A stretch of 64,000 nucleotides of DNA, taken from positions 2,830-66,829 of the forward strand of contig JAHFGV010000010.1 in NCBI GenBank assembly GCA_023247255.1. The letters run 5' to 3'. Positions 1-10,599 of this stretch are shown here, one piece after another. The stretch's first letter is position 1. The number at the start of each line of letters is the position of its first letter. Under the pieces are notes generated by a model that did no database searches, had not been told where the DNA came from, and saw only the letters and a list, made by a program, of their open reading frames with translations. The DNA is from Candidatus Omnitrophota bacterium. Its GTDB lineage: Bacteria; Omnitrophota; Gorgyraeia; Aquiviventales; Aquiviventaceae. The translations under genes were made by a program, and so were the position numbers.

Positions 1-4
1 CCAG

Positions 5-2158
5 TTGCTGATCTCTATCAGCGGCGTGGCCGTCATTTGCGCGGTGCTTGGTATTGGGATCTTCCTGATTGTGGAAATTGCTCCGCTTTTTTCCGGGGCG
101 CATGTCTCTTCTGGGCTCGCAGCATCCTTCCAGGATCGTCAAACGCTCTTAACCCTCATCGATGAGCACCAAGAAAAGGTTTTTGTAGTAGGAACGGAGC
201 CTCTGGCTAAGGTCGTTAGCCTTGCCGATACTCGGGTGCCCGAGATCATTCCCCTTGCGGGGCTTGAGCATCAGGAGGTAAGTGCTGTTTCCCGTACACT
301 GCGAGAACCCAAGACCGCATTTGGGACGAACGAGGGAATGGTTTGGATTGGGTCCATCCAACTGCAGACGGTCTTTGAAGGTACTCAGCGTACCGTCCGG
401 GTCTCGGTGGAGCCGGATGGTATTGTGCAGGCCATTGCCGGCTATCGAATCACGCAACTGGCGTATCGTGAGGCAGATCAGCGTGCCGTGATGGCAGCTG
501 TGGCCAATCACTCGTCTCTCATCGTGACCCGCATCGCAACCCAACGATCACTGATTGGCCCATCCCGCAGAAGCCTGGACAGCATCAACGTCCCCACCGG
601 ACAATTCGGACATCCAACAGCGCTCCTCATCAATAGGCCATGCACGCAGTTGCTCGCCGCCACATCTGAAGGACTTGTGGTGAGGTGGCACATTCCAGTT
701 GAGGGGTCCCTGGAAGTGATTGAAACGGTTCAGGCGGTTCCAACCGGGGCGGTCACAGCGATGGCCTATTTGCTTGGAGAGCGGTCGATTGCCATTGGTG
801 GAAGCGATGGAAGTGTGGCCACCTGGTCGCTGGTTCGAGACGAGGCCCGAGCTGATGGCCGGCAACTGACTCCGATTCACCGCTTCCCCAGGCATCGGGC
901 TGGTGTTGCGCTCATCACCCCATCACCCAGGGACAAGGGTTTTATCACCGTGTCGAGCGATGGGACGGCACGCCTACACTACATGACATCGGAACGGATA
1001 CTCGCCGAGTTTTCCGTTGGCGAAGGTCCTCTTGTGGCTGACTTTGCGCCAAAGGCCGACGGAGTGATAATCACGGGTTCCTCCGGAACCTTGCATCACT
1101 GGTGGATCGTCAATCCCCATCCAGAATTTAGCTGGGCGATGCTGTTTGGCAAGCTCTGGTATGAGGGGTATGACCAGCCGGACTACGTTTGGCAGTCAAC
1201 AGGTGGCACGGACGACTTTGAACCGAAATTCAGCTTGGTGCCGCTCATCTTCGGAACCCTCAAGGGCACCTTCTATGCGCTGCTATTTGCCGTGCCCCTC
1301 GCCCTTTTTGGGGCGCTGTATTGCGCACAATTTCTCGACAAGCGACTGCGCAACCCTGTGAAATCAGCCATTGAGCTCATGGCAGCGCTACCCAGTGTGG
1401 TGCTCGGATTTGTCGCTGGGGTGATCCTTGCCCCGATGGTGGAACGCCACATCGTTGCCGTATTGTCGCTTCCCGTGGTCGTCCCGCTTGTGACGATCGG
1501 AGGGATGGGGTTGTGTTCGTCGATAACGGTTCCTGTCGTGAAGGCGGCTGTGCGTCGCCATGAGTTTTGGATTCTCATGGCGTGGGTTGTCCTAGGAATT
1601 GTGGTTTCCGTGTGGCTTGGTGCTTGGATCGAAGGCCTCTTATTTGGTGGAGACTTCGAGGGCTGGCTGCTCCGTACAACCCAGGTTCGCTACGATCAGC
1701 GCAATGCCCTAGTGGTTGGCTGGGTTATGGGATTTGCCGTGATTCCCATTATCTTCACCATCTGTGAGGACGCGTTCTCCTCGGTCCCGCGTCATTTGGT
1801 CGGAGCCTCATTGGCGTGCGGGGCCTCCTTGTGGCAGACCGCATGGCGGGTTGTCTTGCCGGCGGCTGGCTCGGGCGTCTTTTCAGGCATCATGGTTGGG
1901 TTCGGGCGCGCAGTCGGGGAGACGATGATTGTCCTCATGGCCACAGGCAATACCCCGGTCATTGATTGGAGTCTCTTCAACGGGTTCCGAGCCTTGTCTG
2001 CCAACATCGCCGTGGAAATCTCCGAAGCCCCGTACGGAAGCACGCTCTATCGAGTGTTGTTTCTCTCTTCATTGTTGCTTCTTGCGATCACCTCAGTGGT
2101 TAATACAGCAGCTGAGCTGATCCGATTACGGCTCAGAGCGCGGCTCAAAGGACTCTAA
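5..2158 (+). CDS. pstC: Phosphate ABC transporter permease PstC, long form with N-terminal WD40-like beta-propeller; probably 5'-truncated by the window edge
   Basis: C-terminal permease motifs (ELMAALPSVVLG, GFGRAVGETMIVLMATGN, NIAVEISEAP); first gene of pstCAB-phoU. Confidence 0.93.
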   Translation: MLISISGVAVICAVLGIGIFLIVEIAPLFSGAHVSSGLAASFQDRQTLLTLIDEHQEKVFVVGTEPLAKVVSLADTRVPEIIPLAGLEHQEVSAVSRTLREPKTAFGTNEGMVWIGSIQLQTVFEGTQRTVRVSVEPDGIVQAIAGYRITQLAYREADQRAVMAAVANHSSLIVTRIATQRSLIGPSRRSLDSINVPTGQFGHPTALLINRPCTQLLAATSEGLVVRWHIPVEGSLEVIETVQAVPTGAVTAMAYLLGERSIAIGGSDGSVATWSLVRDEARADGRQLTPIHRFPRHRAGVALITPSPRDKGFITVSSDGTARLHYMTSERILAEFSVGEGPLVADFAPKADGVIITGSSGTLHHWWIVNPHPEFSWAMLFGKLWYEGYDQPDYVWQSTGGTDDFEPKFSLVPLIFGTLKGTFYALLFAVPLALFGALYCAQFLDKRLRNPVKSAIELMAALPSVVLGFVAGVILAPMVERHIVAVLSLPVVVPLVTIGGMGLCSSITVPVVKAAVRRHEFWILMAWVVLGIVVSVWLGAWIEGLLFGGDFEGWLLRTTQVRYDQRNALVVGWVMGFAVIPIIFTICEDAFSSVPRHLVGASLACGASLWQTAWRVVLPAAGSGVFSGIMVGFGRAVGETMIVLMATGNTPVIDWSLFNGFRALSANIAVEISEAPYGSTLYRVLFLSSLLLLAITSVVNTAAELIRLRLRARLKGL

Positions 2159-2161
2159 AAG

Positions 2162-3817
2162 ATGTCGCCATCACGTTGGACCTCAAGACATTGGCAGCAG
2201 TCTCTGGATCTTGCTCCCGTCTGGCTGTCAGGAGCCATGCTGAGCGTAGCTCTGCTGATGATTGTTGCGCTGGTCGGACTAATCATGGGGCGTGGCTTCA
2301 GCGCCTTGTGGCCTGTTCCACTGTGGCAGATCACCCTGAAAAATGGATCATCGCACTTAGGGTTGATCCATGCCACCGAATTCATTCCACAAACCGGCGA
2401 CAGTGTGAAGAAACCGCTGCGTCGAACGCTGTTTCGAATCGGAAACCGCGATCTCTATGGAAACGATTTTGTCTGGATTGACGATGATCAAGTCATTTCC
2501 CGTATGCATCCGGCTGACGTCGTTATCATCGAGCGGCTGGAATGGGGCCCCTTCTATGGCTTCCTCAAACAGATGCGGATACGAGGCGAGGCCATTGAGC
2601 GTCAGGGACCCCAGCTGTGGACAGTGCTCCAACAGCAACTGCCTCGTGCGCGTCGTCGCTATCGTGCCATTCAACACCTTCAGCGCAGGACGATCGGTGA
2701 CATCAGCGCAGCCATGGAGCAGCATCGCCTGGCGCTTAGACGCTTGGAGCTCCGCAGCCGCCTCACCACTCCACAAGGACAGGCGCAGGCTAGGGCCCAC
2801 CAAACGGCCATCGCAAAATTCCAACAGCAATACACACACGTCGCTGAGCAGTTAAATCGTCAGCGGGAGGACGATGCCACTTATCGTATCGTGCTTACTG
2901 ACGTCAATGGGCGGACGAAGGAACTGCCGATATCCGCCATCGTGCGGACCTATCAGCCCAATCGGTTGACTTTGGTTGGACGCGTGGGCGTGTACCTCGA
3001 CCGGCTAAGGGAGTTTGTCTTTGGGCAGCCTCGTGAGGCGAACTCAGAAGGCGGTGTGGCTCCAGCGATCTTTGGGACTGTGATGATGACGCTGCTGATG
3101 AGTCTGGCGGTGGTACCCTTAGGGGTCTTGGCCGCCCTCTACCTTCATGAGTATGCCAGGCAGGGGTTCTTGGTGTCCCTGGTTCGCATTGCGGTGAACA
3201 ACCTCGCAGGCGTGCCATCCATCGTCTTCGGGGTGTTTGGGCTTGGATTCTTTTGCTATCTGATTGGGGGGACGATTGATCATCTCTGGTTCCCAGAACA
3301 GCTGCCGGCACCCACTTTTGGAGGTGGGGCCATCCTCTGGGCTTCGTTAACGTTGGCATTGTTGACCGTGCCGGTGGTGATTGTTGCCACGGAAGAAGCA
3401 CTCGCTGCGGTTCCAGACGGATTGCGGGCCGCTTCACTGGCCTGCGGGGCGACGAAATTTCAAACGATCTGCCGCGCGGTCCTGCCTTCAGCGCTTCCGG
3501 GGATTCTGACGGGTACGATCCTAGCGATGGCTCGCGGAGCGGGAGAAGTTGCACCGTTGATGATCACTGGCGTTGTCAAACTGGCGCCGAACCTACCCCT
3601 CGATCATGTGCCGCCGTTTGTGCATCTTGAGCGGAAATTCATGCACCTCGGATTTCACATCTATGACCTTGGCTTCCAATCTCCGAACATTGAGGCCTCA
3701 AAAGCGATGGTCTATATGACCGCACTGCTTCTCCTGACGATTGTTGTATGCTTGAACCTGGCCGCCATGTGGATCCGCGGCCGTCTGCGCGAACGATTCC
3801 GCGGGGCAGAAGTCTAG
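2162..3817 (+). CDS. pstA: Phosphate ABC transporter permease PstA (long form)
   Basis: [45 protein letters not shown] motifs; operon position. Confidence 0.95.
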   Translation: MSPSRWTSRHWQQSLDLAPVWLSGAMLSVALLMIVALVGLIMGRGFSALWPVPLWQITLKNGSSHLGLIHATEFIPQTGDSVKKPLRRTLFRIGNRDLYGNDFVWIDDDQVISRMHPADVVIIERLEWGPFYGFLKQMRIRGEAIERQGPQLWTVLQQQLPRARRRYRAIQHLQRRTIGDISAAMEQHRLALRRLELRSRLTTPQGQAQARAHQTAIAKFQQQYTHVAEQLNRQREDDATYRIVLTDVNGRTKELPISAIVRTYQPNRLTLVGRVGVYLDRLREFVFGQPREANSEGGVAPAIFGTVMMTLLMSLAVVPLGVLAALYLHEYARQGFLVSLVRIAVNNLAGVPSIVFGVFGLGFFCYLIGGTIDHLWFPEQLPAPTFGGGAILWASLTLALLTVPVVIVATEEALAAVPDGLRAASLACGATKFQTICRAVLPSALPGILTGTILAMARGAGEVAPLMITGVVKLAPNLPLDHVPPFVHLERKFMHLGFHIYDLGFQSPNIEASKAMVYMTALLLLTIVVCLNLAAMWIRGRLRERFRGAEV

Positions 3818-3818
3818 C

Positions 3819-4685
3819 ATGCAAGGCAGATCGATGATGAATAGTCCACTCCTTACGGCTGGACGGCCATCTGTGGTTGTGCGCCGCCCAGGCACTTCAC
3901 CGGCAGCGCCTTCCTCTGTGGAAGGCCGTCCCAATATCGCGATCGAGGTTGAACAGCTTAGTGTTTGGTACGGCAAGATCGAGGCGATTAAGCATGTCAC
4001 GATGCAGATACCCGAGCGACGGGTGACTGCGCTCATTGGTCCGTCAGGGTGCGGCAAGTCCACGCTCATCCGGTGTTTCAACCGGCTCAATGATCTCATC
4101 GAAGGGTTGCGGATCGAAGGTCGCATTAGGCTATACGGACAAGACATCTTTGACCCAAGCAGGGATGTCATTACGCTGCGCAAGCGGGTCGGCATGGTGT
4201 TTCAGAAATCCAATCCATTCCCGAAGTCGATCTACGAGAACGTCGTCTACGGACTCCGCGTGAACGGAGAAGGGAGACGTGCAGTGCTTGATTCCACTGT
4301 TGAGGAAAGCCTCAACCGAGCGGCTTTATGGGATGAAGTCAAAGACCGGTTATATACGAGTGCGCTTCGGCTTTCTGGTGGCCAGCAGCAACGTCTCTGT
4401 ATCGCACGAGCCATCGCTACTGAACCCGAAGTGCTGTTGCTTGATGAGCCCTGTTCGGCGCTTGACCCGATTGCAACCGCAAAGATCGAGGAACTCCTGT
4501 ACACTCTCAAGGAACGCTATACCATCATCATTGTCACACACAATATGCAGCAAGCGGCGCGGGTATCAGACTTCACTGGATTTCTCCTCATGGGTGAGCT
4601 GATCGAGTTCGATGCGACAGACAAGCTCTTTACAACACCACACGATCCACGGACGGAGGCGTACATTACCGGGCGCTTTGGATGA
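3819..4685 (+). CDS. pstB: Phosphate ABC transporter ATP-binding protein PstB
   Basis: Walker [38 protein letters not shown]-terminal YITGRFG. Confidence 0.97.
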   Translation: MQGRSMMNSPLLTAGRPSVVVRRPGTSPAAPSSVEGRPNIAIEVEQLSVWYGKIEAIKHVTMQIPERRVTALIGPSGCGKSTLIRCFNRLNDLIEGLRIEGRIRLYGQDIFDPSRDVITLRKRVGMVFQKSNPFPKSIYENVVYGLRVNGEGRRAVLDSTVEESLNRAALWDEVKDRLYTSALRLSGGQQQRLCIARAIATEPEVLLLDEPCSALDPIATAKIEELLYTLKERYTIIIVTHNMQQAARVSDFTGFLLMGELIEFDATDKLFTTPHDPRTEAYITGRFG

Positions 4686-4729
4686 GTAGCACAAACGGAT
4701 ACGCAGTAAGTGCTTGGAACGGGAGGCAG

Positions 4730-5395
4730 ATGATGCAGCGGCACATCGATGTTGAGCTGGCAGGGATCAAAGAGGCACTGATTCGTATGGCCAGTTTAGC
4801 CGAAGGAGCGATTGGACGCTCTATAAAGGCGCTTGTGAGTCGCAATGCGGAGATGGCGCATCAGGTCATCTCCTCGGATGATGCGATCAATACGTTGGAA
4901 ATCGAGATCGATGAGCTGTGTCTTCGGACCATGGCCCGTTACCAACCTGAAGCCAAGGACCTGCGCTTCCTCGCGATGGTACTCAAAATCAACAACGATC
5001 TCGAGCGCATGGGCGATCAGGCGGTCAACATCGCCGAGCGTACTCTCGATCTTCTAAAGGAACCACTCCTCAAACCGCTCATTGACATCCCACGGATGGC
5101 CGAGATCGCCCAACGCATGGTCAAGGAGAGCCTCGATGCCTTCGTGCAACAGGACCCTGAACGTGCGAGATCAGTTTGTCGACAGGACGATCAGGTTGAC
5201 CGCCTTGATGATCAAATTTTTCGCGAACTCCTTACCTACATGATGGAAGATCCTAAGACGATTACTCGATCGGTACATCTGATCCTGGTCAGCCGACACC
5301 TGGAGCGGATTGCTGATCATGCGACGAACATCGCCGAAGATGTTGTCTATCTTATTCAGGGGAAAACCATCAAACACCACGCAGCTGACGAATGA
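4730..5395 (+). CDS. phoU: Phosphate signalling protein PhoU
   Basis: DLERMGDQAVNIAE and HLERIADHATNIAEDV repeats; GGAGG RBS before ATG 4730/4733. Confidence 0.95.
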   Translation: MMQRHIDVELAGIKEALIRMASLAEGAIGRSIKALVSRNAEMAHQVISSDDAINTLEIEIDELCLRTMARYQPEAKDLRFLAMVLKINNDLERMGDQAVNIAERTLDLLKEPLLKPLIDIPRMAEIAQRMVKESLDAFVQQDPERARSVCRQDDQVDRLDDQIFRELLTYMMEDPKTITRSVHLILVSRHLERIADHATNIAEDVVYLIQGKTIKHHAADE

Positions 5396-5696
5396 ACTTA
5401 CAAGCAGGCCCTCCCCGTTGATTCGATTCGCGTCCACTCCGGGAAGCCGAGTCCCGCGCGTTTCAAACCAAGGCTTTAAGCCCGATACTCGCGCCTCTTG
5501 ATCCCAGCGCTCTTGCGGTGTAAGGTGGAGCTGCTCCCATCGAATGAGATTCTTACGTCGTTTCCTCGGGATCGCGCTCATCGTTTGCTTCGCGCTATGG
5601 CAGATTGAGTGGCCTGCGCTGGCGGCTGAGGCACAGATCGCCTCTGCTTCGCTGGCTGGACTTTCCGCAATTCGAAGGAACAGTCAAAATGGGCAC

Positions 5697-5746
5697 TTGA
5701 CGGCATGACTCAGGCCGCTTATAGTTATACCAACTGGTAGGTATAA
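5697..5746 (+). promoter_or_regulatory. Sigma70 promoter with overlapping TetR operator
   Basis: TTGACG(5697)-N17-TATAGT(5720); inverted repeat TTATACC-N8-GGTATAA (5725-5746) containing TACCAACTGGTA, resembling the NemR box TAGACC-N4-GGTCTA. Confidence 0.75.
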
Positions 5747-5748
5747 TA

Positions 5749-6354
5749 GTGAGGACAGCCCTAGAACCTTCCCCAACCAAAGAGAAGCTCCTCGACGCCG
5801 CCCAGCGGCTGATGCTGGCCAAAGGCTTTGTCGCCACCACGGTGGATGATATCTGTGAGGCAGCCGAGGTGACGAAGGGCAGTTTCTTCCATTACTTTGA
5901 GAGCAAGGATCAGTTAGGTCGGGAGGTCCTGAAGCGCTTCTGTGCGTCTGGAGAGAAGATACACCGGGCATTGTGCGGCAGTGAGACGGATCCGCTCAAG
6001 CGAGTCTACGCCTATATTGACAATACGATCAAGATGTCCAAAGATCCGTCCATGAGCAAAGGCTGCCTGCTTGGACTGTTCTCGCAGGAGCTCTGCGACA
6101 CCAACCCACAGATCCGCGCCGCCTGCAAGAAGGGTTTTGACGACTGGGCAAAAGGCTTTGGGCAAGAGGTAGCGAAGGCGAAGGCAGCATACGCCTCACG
6201 AGCCCAGTTTAACCCTCAAGAACTTGCGGAACATCTGATTGCCGTGATGGAAGGGTCCATGATCCTGGGCAAGGTTCGGCATGACAGGTTGATTGTGGGG
6301 AAGAACCTGACTCATTTTAAGGCCTACGTCAAGAGCCTGTTCGAGCGCGCGTAA
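5749..6354 (+). CDS. TetR/AcrR family regulator, NemR-like, Cys-rich
   Basis: N-terminal HTH (KGFVATTVDDICEAAEVTKGSFFHYFESK), GCLLG motif, six Cys. Confidence 0.9.
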   Translation: MRTALEPSPTKEKLLDAAQRLMLAKGFVATTVDDICEAAEVTKGSFFHYFESKDQLGREVLKRFCASGEKIHRALCGSETDPLKRVYAYIDNTIKMSKDPSMSKGCLLGLFSQELCDTNPQIRAACKKGFDDWAKGFGQEVAKAKAAYASRAQFNPQELAEHLIAVMEGSMILGKVRHDRLIVGKNLTHFKAYVKSLFERA

Positions 6355-6377
6355 GGCCCTTCTTTTTTGAGCTAAGA

Positions 6378-6397
6378 GATACCGACTGGTTGGTTTC
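6378..6397 (+). promoter_or_regulatory. Second TetR operator-like site
   Basis: GATACC-GACTGGTT-GGTTTC resembles the 5725-5746 site and lies before the downstream genes. Confidence 0.55.
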
Positions 6398-6531
6398 AAT
6401 ATACAGACTTCTGGTTAGCTAGAAAGGAGGTGAGTCGGATGGATGAAGGCGATGTCGTCGGAGCATGACCGAGCATGTGATGGGCGCAAGGTCAATAGGG
6501 TGTTCACTGTCAAACTCAAAGGAGTCGAATA

Positions 6532-6891
6532 ATGTCAGCAGTCTGTTCAACAAGTGGTGGGTCGTGTGAGACGGAATCTGGCGCGTGTGGCGACGAACCC
6601 TGTGAGTCTTCGAGTAGCTGCTGCAAGGCGTGTGGAACCCAGTGTGGTGGCGATCCCATGGCGTGCGCGACAGCGATGTGGGGTCAATCGTTCTTTCAAG
6701 CCATGAAAGCGGCTCAGGTCGATGTGCTGAAGGTCAAAATTCAGAAGGCCTGGGGGGCCAAGATGGACAAGGCCGCGGATGCCGTGATTGAGGCGATGGG
6801 TGTGCACTGGCAGTCCATGTTGGCGCAAGCCAAGGCCAAAGCCGAGCTCAAAGCGCGTCTGTCCGGTCTCTGGCAGGAGGGCCAAAAGTAA
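6532..6891 (+). CDS. Hypothetical protein with Cys-rich N-terminus and helical C-terminus
   Basis: AAAGGAG RBS; 9 Cys in the first ~45 aa. Confidence 0.75.
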   Translation: MSAVCSTSGGSCETESGACGDEPCESSSSCCKACGTQCGGDPMACATAMWGQSFFQAMKAAQVDVLKVKIQKAWGAKMDKAADAVIEAMGVHWQSMLAQAKAKAELKARLSGLWQEGQK

Positions 6892-6986
6892 GTTGGAAGG
6901 AACCAGGATGACGAAGCGGGTTGGGGGCCAGGAACTTTCCCGGAGCTCCCACCCGCCGTTTCCGGTCACGAACAGCGAGGAGAACC

Positions 6987-7327
6987 ATGAACACGATGCC
7001 ATCACAGGAAACCAGCTCGACGATCACTCGGGCGCTCACCCTGCCCTGCCAACAGGGTTGCATCTGCGTGTGGCGGCGGTGATCGTGACCATGGCGAAGC
7101 TGTTTCACTCGATAATCTCCTTCGTTTCAGGGTCGCAACGCGCGGATGCGAAATCGATCCTGAGCCTGTTGCGGCTCGGGGCGGTCGGCAAAGCGCCACT
7201 CGTCCTGACGGCCAGCGGCCAGGATGCGGACCGGGCGATTCGGGGGCTTGGGGACCCGTTCGAATCGAAGCGCGTGCTCTGCAAAGACGCAGGCCAACTG
7301 GCGCACGCGCGATGGGAGGATGGATGA
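6987..7327 (+). pseudogene. HPr-family phosphocarrier, frameshifted near 7049
   Basis: GAGGAG RBS and ATG 6987 give MNTMPSQETSSTITRALTLPC; the HPr core (TGLHLRVAA, DAKSILSLL, ASGQDA) continues in the -1 frame. Confidence 0.65.
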
Positions 7328-8361
7328 ACCGCGACGACGCACACCTCACTTTGCTGGCCGATGTCAGCAGGGCCAGCGGACAGTCCAGCGCCGCGCAGGG
7401 TGAGTCCTCGCAGAACCCTGATGCCGAGCTACTCGATGCCTACTCCCGGGCGGTCATCGGGGTCGTGGAGCGCGTCGGCCCGGCCGTCGTCAGCATTCAG
7501 GCCGGCTGGCGGCTGCGAGGTCGAGGCGTTCACCGGGGAGGAGCCGGCTCCGGCGTCATCATTGCCCCTGATGGCTACATCCTCACCAACAGCCATGTCG
7601 TCCATGAGGCCAACCACGTAGAGGCCACGCTGACCGATGGCCGAGATCTTGAGGCGAACCTGGTCGGCGAGGATCCGGCCTTGGATCTGGCGGTGATTCG
7701 GGTCCAGGAGACGGTTCGTCTGCCCTATGCGGGGCTGGGCGAATCGGCGTCCTTGCGGGCGGGTCAGCTCGTGATCGCCATAGGGAATCCCCTGGGCTTT
7801 CAGTCCACGGTGTCCACGGGGGTGGTGAGCTCCACTGGGCGCTTCTGGCGGACAGAAGAGGGACGGCTCATCGACAACATCATCCAGCACACGGCTCCGC
7901 TGAACCCAGGGAATTCCGGAGGGCCGCTGGTCGATTCCCAGGGACGCGTGGTTGGCATCAACACGGCGATGATTCTCGGCGCACAGGGGATCAGCTTTGC
8001 GATTCCCGCTGATACGGTCACGTGGGTCGTCTCACAACTGCTGCAATACGGTCGGGTACGGCGGGCGTATTTGGGGATCGCCGGCCGGCCCCTGCGAGTG
8101 GATCGGCGGCTCGCCCAGTTCCTCCAGGTGGCCAGCGAGCGCGCCGTGGAGGTCATGGTCGTGGAGTTCGGGACTCCAGCCGACCGGGCGGGACTGAGGG
8201 AAGGCGATCTCATTGTAGCGGTCAATGGGCGTGCGGTGACCAGCATCGATGATGTGCACCGGTTCTTGGCGGAGTGGCCGATTGCGCACTCGACCACGCT
8301 GACCATCATCCGGGGCACCGAGCGGCTGGAATTGACTATCGTGCCGACTGAGGCGCCCTAG
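7324..8361 (+). CDS. HtrA/DegS-like S1C serine protease with PDZ domain
   Basis: GSGVII, TNSHVV, DLAVI, NPGNSGGPL catalytic motifs; C-terminal PDZ (PADRAGLREGDLIVAVNG). Confidence 0.93.
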   Translation: MNRDDAHLTLLADVSRASGQSSAAQGESSQNPDAELLDAYSRAVIGVVERVGPAVVSIQAGWRLRGRGVHRGGAGSGVIIAPDGYILTNSHVVHEANHVEATLTDGRDLEANLVGEDPALDLAVIRVQETVRLPYAGLGESASLRAGQLVIAIGNPLGFQSTVSTGVVSSTGRFWRTEEGRLIDNIIQHTAPLNPGNSGGPLVDSQGRVVGINTAMILGAQGISFAIPADTVTWVVSQLLQYGRVRRAYLGIAGRPLRVDRRLAQFLQVASERAVEVMVVEFGTPADRAGLREGDLIVAVNGRAVTSIDDVHRFLAEWPIAHSTTLTIIRGTERLELTIVPTEAP

Positions 8362-8391
8362 CATTCGTCGCGCAATCACAGGGGGCTACAC

Positions 8392-8811
8392 ATGCCATCG
8401 ACCGATGCGGGCCAGATACTCGCTTGCGGATCCTTGCCGGCGGGAGCGCTCTTGGAGCAACTCCGTTGGCGGTACGCCACCAAAAAGTTTGATCCCCAGC
8501 GCAAGATTCCGGCAGAAAACTGTAAGATCCTTGAAGAGGTACTGGTATGCAGCCCATCGTCCTTCGGACTGCAGCCGTGGAGGTTTGTCGTGGTGACCGA
8601 TCCGTCGGTGCGCGAACGGCTGCGGGACGTCTCCTGGAATCAAGCGCAAGTCGTGGACGCATCACATCTGGTGGTGTTTGCGATCAAGAAGGACCTTAAC
8701 GCAGAGGACGTCGAACGCTACGTACAGCGAATAGCGCAGGTGCGTGGGGTGAGTCTGGACACGTTGAGCCACTACAAGACTGGTCTTGGATACTTGCGTT
8801 CAAGTTTCTAG
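8392..8811 (+). pseudogene. NAD(P)H nitroreductase (NfsB-like), 3'-truncated
   Basis: WRYATKKFD and SPSSFGLQPWRF motifs; only 139 aa, stop lies inside the 8799-8868 palindrome. Confidence 0.75.
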
Positions 8812-8868
8812 CGCAACACGAGTATCCTGGTGCAAACCAGGAGAAAGGAGTTGCGCTAGAAACTTGAA
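8799..8868. repeat. 70-bp palindromic element
   Basis: Perfect 19-bp IR TTCAAGTTTCTAGCGCAAC / GTTGCGCTAGAAACTTGAA enclosing the hairpin TCCTGGT-GCAA-ACCAGGA. Confidence 0.85.
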
Positions 8869-8932
8869 ACCGCCATTAAAAGAAAGGCAACTATCCCTTT
8901 ACACCAAGTAGTTTGACTGATAGAATTGGCGC

Positions 8933-9586
8933 ATGTTTTTCTTCGCAGACATTTCATCGTTTCTCTGGCAATGTTTCTTGCATTACCGTTGGATTCTTTC
9001 CATCATTATCCTGGAGAGCATCGCAATGATCGATTTTTTCTCTCCAGGATTCAGCGAAAGATTACTTCCAAAACGCAAGAGAAGAAAATGGATTCGCGTG
9101 GTACTGCTCGTCGGGCTTCCTATTTCAACCTATTGGGCCTACCATGATGCTAAAAATGAGACACGTGCCCTTCAAAAGAGATTTGACCAATACAAACAAG
9201 AACATACGATTTCCATAGAAGACCTCAAGAAACACATTTTTCTCACTGAACGGTATGGGAGAGAATGGCAACGCACAAATGATGCGCAAATTGTTTTTTT
9301 AAGGAAAGAGGGGCAACCGGATGTCTTATGGAAGTCCTATAATCCAAATCTTCCTGAAGACCCAACGCAGTGGCCGCGACTGACTCCATTTTTGGTGCAT
9401 CAGATCTTTGGTTTTATTACCCCTGACGTGGCTATTTATTTGAAAATTCCAAAGGAGATTACCGTAAAAATTCTGCAAGGACACATTGAGCCGCCCCCTG
9501 ATTACATGTGGACATATGGTGCGAGCGATAGCAAGTGGAACCACTATTACACAAAGATACCGGCTGGTGCGACAGAAAAAAAATAG
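8933..9586 (+). CDS. Hypothetical membrane-anchored passenger protein of the IS
   Basis: 217-aa AT-rich ORF with hydrophobic N-terminal segments, entirely between the IS IRs. Confidence 0.65.
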   Translation: MFFFADISSFLWQCFLHYRWILSIIILESIAMIDFFSPGFSERLLPKRKRRKWIRVVLLVGLPISTYWAYHDAKNETRALQKRFDQYKQEHTISIEDLKKHIFLTERYGREWQRTNDAQIVFLRKEGQPDVLWKSYNPNLPEDPTQWPRLTPFLVHQIFGFITPDVAIYLKIPKEITVKILQGHIEPPPDYMWTYGASDSKWNHYYTKIPAGATEKK

Positions 9587-9741
9587 GCAGTGGTGTGATC
9601 CAATCGTTAGCGTTGAAGTTTCCCCGTCCTGCTACTTATCCGATAGAGTATATTCTCTCTTTCCCAATTATGGGATTTGGAGATATTGCGGGGACGTTTT
9701 ACATTGAATCAAAATGAGAAAAAAGGACTTTGAACGTCTGA

Positions 9742-10599
9742 TTAAACAGGCCGCACAGCCTGTGCGAGCATCGGGAAGAACAGCGACGACAACGCGTGCC
9801 GCTTCGAGTAGCGGTAAGCGAACTCGTTCACGTAGTGCTGCAAATACTTCGGAGAGACGGCGTGATACGTCCCGCTGAGGCTCCGCTTGAGTTGACTCCA
9901 AAAGCCCTCAATGGTGTTCGTATGCACCATGCCACGTACATATGTTCCCGACGAGTGGTTCACCGTACGGTGCGGGTAGCCCTTACGTGTTTTGCGATAG
10001 GTCTTGAATTCATCCGTCATCAAGGCTGTGCCTGGCTTAATATGCTGCTCGATAAAGGGACGCACGGTCTCCGCCGACAGGTTGCCAACAACACTCGCCG
10101 CAATACGTCCCTGCCGCTGGACAGCGCCCAACACGATGCTTTTCCCTGTGGCTCCGCGTCCTCGCTTGCCACGCGCCACACCGCCCACATAGGTATCATC
10201 CATTTCCACCGTCTTGGACAATGGATAGTTGGACTGTTTGAACAGCAAACGAATCTGTTTTGCCATCCGCCACGCCGTTTTATAGGTCACGCCAAGTTGT
10301 CGCTGAAGCTCCTTCGCCGACACGCCATTCTTCGAGTTGGCGAACAAGTAAATGGCATAGAACCAACTCTTGAGCGGCGTTTCCGATTTATGAAAGATTG
10401 TATCGGCCAACGGGTGCAGTTGGTAGCCGCACGATTGACACGCATAGCATTTGCGGTCGGTGACGCGATGAAACTTCGTGCGCGTGTGGCATGAAGGACA
10501 CCTGCTCACTTGTCCATACCGATGCTTGAAAATAGTTTCGAGGCACACATCATCCGTTGCGTACTGCTCGTTAAATTGTTTAATCGTGAACTTTTCCAT
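9742..10599 (-). CDS. IS1595-family (ISXO2-like) DDE transposase
   Basis: Zn ribbon CPSC..CQSC; VEMDDTYVGG, LMTDE, VNHS, HTNTIEGFWSQLKR, YLQHYVNEFAYRY. Confidence 0.95.
   Translation of the reverse strand: MEKFTIKQFNEQYATDDVCLETIFKHRYGQVSRCPSCHTRTKFHRVTDRKCYACQSCGYQLHPLADTIFHKSETPLKSWFYAIYLFANSKNGVSAKELQRQLGVTYKTAWRMAKQIRLLFKQSNYPLSKTVEMDDTYVGGVARGKRGRGATGKSIVLGAVQRQGRIAASVVGNLSAETVRPFIEQHIKPGTALMTDEFKTYRKTRKGYPHRTVNHSSGTYVRGMVHTNTIEGFWSQLKRSLSGTYHAVSPKYLQHYVNEFAYRYSKRHALSSLFFPMLAQAVRPV

Noticed and set aside
5-3817. Large extra domains in PstC/PstA as a novelty
   Set aside because: Long-form PstC/PstA with soluble domains are already known in other bacteria
9796-10494. 232-aa plus-strand ORF inside the IS
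   Set aside because: Antisense to the transposase, no motifs
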